A stretch of 64,000 bases of DNA from NCBI GenBank assembly GCA_049322915.1, contig JBMOPW010000021.1:26079-90078 (forward strand). Direction: 5' to 3'. This DNA comes from Candidatus Zhuqueibacterota bacterium (lineage in GTDB: Bacteria; Zhuqueibacterota; Zhuqueibacteria; Thermofontimicrobiales; Thermofontimicrobiaceae). The translations under genes were made by a program, and so were the position numbers. The notes beneath the pieces were generated by a model. It was not told the origin of the DNA, ran no database searches, and saw only the letters and a list, made by a program, of their open reading frames with translations. This document shows positions 60,910 through 64,000 of this stretch, one piece after another (position 1 is the stretch's first letter; every line of letters begins with the position of its first letter).

Positions 60910-63875
60910 TTATGATGAATTTTTGATATAACTTATGACACCTGCTTCTTTATTAATTATATTCAATTCAAAGTTTTCAATAATTTTGATATGGACTTTT
61001 TGAAGCAAATTTCTTGTAGCATCTTCATCAGATAATAAAGTCCCATCCTTATCTTTCTTTAACTCAACATTTGTTTTAATAAATTCGATTGCCATCTCTT
61101 TGGTGACGGATTTAATAAACATGTCGAATTTTTTATTAAAAAACTTATCACTAATAAATTGTTTCATGTTGCAATAATTTTTAAGATTGAAAACACCGAT
61201 AGTATTTTCATATTCATAACTTAAAAATATTGGTGTATTTTCTAATAATCCGATTTGTTCACGAAATTTAGGTTTTGGTGACATTTTCCAATTAGGAATG
61301 AATAAATGAGAATTAGCTAATTTTTTATGGTACGACCATTCATGTGGTATAAATATAATATTAGGCGAAAATTCATTTTTCTTTTTAAATAAATCAATCA
61401 GTTCAAGTATACTTTCAAGGATAGGAGGATTTTCCAAATTGTTATTTATATCTTTATGTACTGATGCATATTTAAATAATTCACTAAATATTCTTACATT
61501 TTCATAATTGCCAATTCCCTGTCCATAAGCTTGACCCCATCCGCTAAAAGAGTCGTCATTATCAACAAAAGCACCTTTTACATCTAATTGATTAAAACCA
61601 AACCATTCACTTTTTAGTTTTTCACCATTATAAGGAATTTCTTCATAATTTGAATAGCTTGATAATATATAATGTCCAATACAGTTATTTTCCCATGAAT
61701 TTTTGAAGTTACTCTTAAAATCTTCAATTTTTATTTTACTCAATTCTTTTTCGATCAATTTATTTTCTTTTAGTAAATCATGTCTTTCTAGTAATTTTTT
61801 ATTAAATGAAAGAAATTGATCTATTCGATTTTCAATGTCCGTTTTATCTGTTTCACTTGATCTAATTTCATTGCCTGATATCTTATTAGCTTTTTTTACG
61901 GCGATTATTTCAGCCCATTGATATAAATTTTCCTTAATTTGAGTACATATATGTTCAATTCTTTCGTATCTAAATTCTGAAAATGATTTCGATTCTTGGA
62001 TTTTATCGAAATTATCAGGAAATTTACCGATTGAAATTCCTTTAATACAGTAATACCAAGGTAGCCAACTATCAGAAGAAATTGGAGTATAAGTTTTACC
62101 TTCAGGTGGTTCGTCTAACTCAAAATTTCTCCAATTAAATCCATAATTCCTATCTTCAGATATAGCAGTCGAATATAAATTTGTCAATTCAATGATATTT
62201 TCAAATGCACCATTAGAAATTGAATAAAATTGAATTAAGTGCCCTTTTTGAAGGTGTTTTGGATGATCTTTATTAATTTGATATAAAAAAATCATCCATG
62301 AATTGATAGCAAATGAAATATATTTTTTATCTTCGTGCTTTTTATTGACTATATCCTTCGTTGTTTTGATTTTATTCAGCTCATTTTCAATATTAGTAAT
62401 ATCATTATTGTTCTCTTTTGCTTCATTTAACTTCAGTTTAAGTTCAAATTCTTTATTATCATAATAGTGATAATTACGATCCAAGTATTTGAAAAAATCC
62501 ATTAATTCATTATATGCATGTTCAAAGAACTTAAAGTCTTTATTCTCGATTGACATTATAAGATATGTTTGAAAAACTAAATAAATTTCTAATGTATATT
62601 TATTTAGTTCGATAATTCGAGAATCATTTTCAGATTTTTCAAATTCTTTTTGCAACCTAAATTGCACAAATTCTTTTAACCATCCAACGCATCTATCTTT
62701 TATAAACTCCGTTTGAATTTGCTCATCTTGATGAACTACTTTAGAGTATATATAAGGATAAAAGTATAATAATCTTGAGAATGTAAAAATAACATTTGAT
62801 TGAAATGAAAGCAAAATAATTCTTAAAGGGAAATATCCAACTTCAGTAAAAATTTCTTGCATACCTGTTCGCAATGTTTCATCGATGATATGGTATAAAT
62901 CTCGTACTATTTTCTCATAGGGCTTCCAATTATTGAATAGACCTTGAGTATTATTCAGTAATTGAAATATTTTCATCTCTTCAATAAAAGATGATATTAC
63001 TGAATAATAAATATTCAAATAATCATCCAGCTCTTCTGGATTTCTATTATTTATAATATTTCGTATCGCAACCTTAAATTCATCAAATTCACTCTCATCA
63101 AAAGAAAAAGGTTCTGTTTTTTTTACTTTGAATGAGTGATTTAATAATCGAATAATTTTTTTAACTGGAAGATCCTTTGGTGCAGCTAATATATTTCGAT
63201 CAGAAATATAATCACCTATAGCAAAACTATTTAATCTTACTCTTTTCAATTCATTTGTGTCGTGATTGAGATAACGATTTATTTTTGCAAGCTTTTTAAT
63301 ATTGATATCATAGATATATCCCCTTTTTTTTATTGAATAATCTTTAATATCATCACTCTTTGAATTTAATCCAAATAAGTAGCCACTCTCTACATCATAC
63401 TCCTTAAAATAATCATTAAAAATATTTTGACTAAGACGTTTATTTACTTCATATTCAATTGCTTGTTTACTCTGTTTAATTATCCATTTTATTCTTTGGT
63501 CTTTAAGATAATCTGTACTCAAAATTTTGTACACAATATGATAAAACCATCCAATGCCCAAAATAGTTATTGTAAAGGATAGGCTTAATATAATTAGACA
63601 TTTTTCAAAATAATCATTTTGGTTGAATAAAATTATATATGCTGGGATAAGTAGGTTGATTAAGGAAAAGATTATTATGGGGTATAAATAGGATACCCTA
63701 AAAAAAAGAAAAAAAATGTTCTGACTACTAATCTTTTGTCCAATGGAATTCATCAAAAATAGTACAACTGTAATTGCAATCGCTAAAATGGCGGCATATA
63801 TTTCCCATAAAGTTGTAAGATTGGATAATAAGTTATCATTATTAAATGAAATATTTTTATGCAGAAAATTTGAAA
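60910..63875 (-). CDS. Large membrane protein (DUF2254-like TM region, helical middle, putative HK97-fold C-terminus); 5' end cut off by an IS
   Basis: Three TM segments near the N-terminus. The ORF-track start (63963) lies inside IS sequence, so native coding resumes at 63875. Confidence 0.7.
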
Positions 63876-64000
63876 TGTCAAGGGCAATCATATTCCCCAC
63901 TAGCGGGGCAAACATATTCCCCACCTGCACAGGTGGTTTAGCGTTAATATAAAAAGCCTGCAAATTAGAGTCAAGCGTTTTGCAATTTGGGCTTAAATTT
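63876..64000. mobile_element. IS21-family terminal inverted repeat; element continues beyond the window
   Basis: Begins TGTCAAGGGCAATCATATTCCCCAC-TAGCG-GGGCAAACATATTCCCCAC: a 5'-TG end with tandem ~19 bp transposase-binding repeats typical of IS21 ends. Confidence 0.75.

Larger units (their letters stand above)
37845..64000. mobile_element. tRNA-fMet-anchored genomic island (satellite-like remnant plus defence cargo); right end lies outside the window
   Basis: Abrupt drop in GC after the tRNA, with phage-satellite and defence genes. No integrase or duplicated tRNA 3' end seen in the window. Confidence 0.8.

Noticed and set aside
59918..60926. Short ORFs across the hairpin region (115, 92, 79, 77 and 78 aa)
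   Set aside because: Mutually overlapping, no clear RBS or motifs; the repeats conserve base pairing, not reading frame.
63876..63963. N-terminus MQAFYINAKPPVQVGNMFAPLVGNMIALD of the 1017 aa ORF
   Set aside because: It is read-through of IS21-type terminal repeats; the VGNM duplication is the DNA repeat.
37845..64000. Intact prophage, integrase or second att copy
   Set aside because: No integrase, portal, tail or complete TerL genes, and I did not see a repeat of the tRNA 3' end in the window.

Overview
Bacterial chromosome window in two halves. 1-37.7 kb is moderately GC-rich and almost all on the minus strand. It holds a long cluster of secreted glycan-degrading enzymes: sialate O-acetylesterase, DUF4838, two GH2, a frameshifted GH95, GH31, GH29, GH88, GH20 and a sialidase-like BNR protein, three of them with PA14 domains, and no susC/susD. 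An AT-rich 5.1 kb SF1 helicase-nuclease gene interrupts the cluster. It is followed by a four-gene muramidase/membrane-protein operon, a PaaI thioesterase and an initiator tRNA-Met (37772-37844). The gene style suggests an FCB-group organism such as KSB1 (inference only). From the tRNA to the window end lies an AT-rich island. It starts with a decayed phage-satellite-like module (two HTH/excisionase genes, CHC2 Zn finger, AAA_25 helicase, Rep, TerS fused by deletion to a TerL scrap, a second TerS-like gene; no integrase in view). A defence cluster follows: type III R-M with BrnTA inside, AlbA/Schlafen ATPase, orphan AbiEi, UvrD helicase plus PD-(D/E)XK nuclease with a split Fe-S motif, and a split DSR1-like sirtuin. 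After that come a small Zn-ribbon ORF and a ~0.9 kb non-coding region with covarying hairpin repeats, G-quadruplex motifs and a recombinase-core-like palindrome. The last gene encodes a membrane protein with a probable HK97 capsid-like C-terminus and is interrupted by an IS21-family end. The best candidates for undescribed biology are the hairpin-repeat region (60.0-60.9 kb), the TM-HK97-fold protein, the split-staple helicase/nuclease pair and the helicase with a topoisomerase-CTD-like tail. All family calls come from motif recognition by eye; no searches were run.
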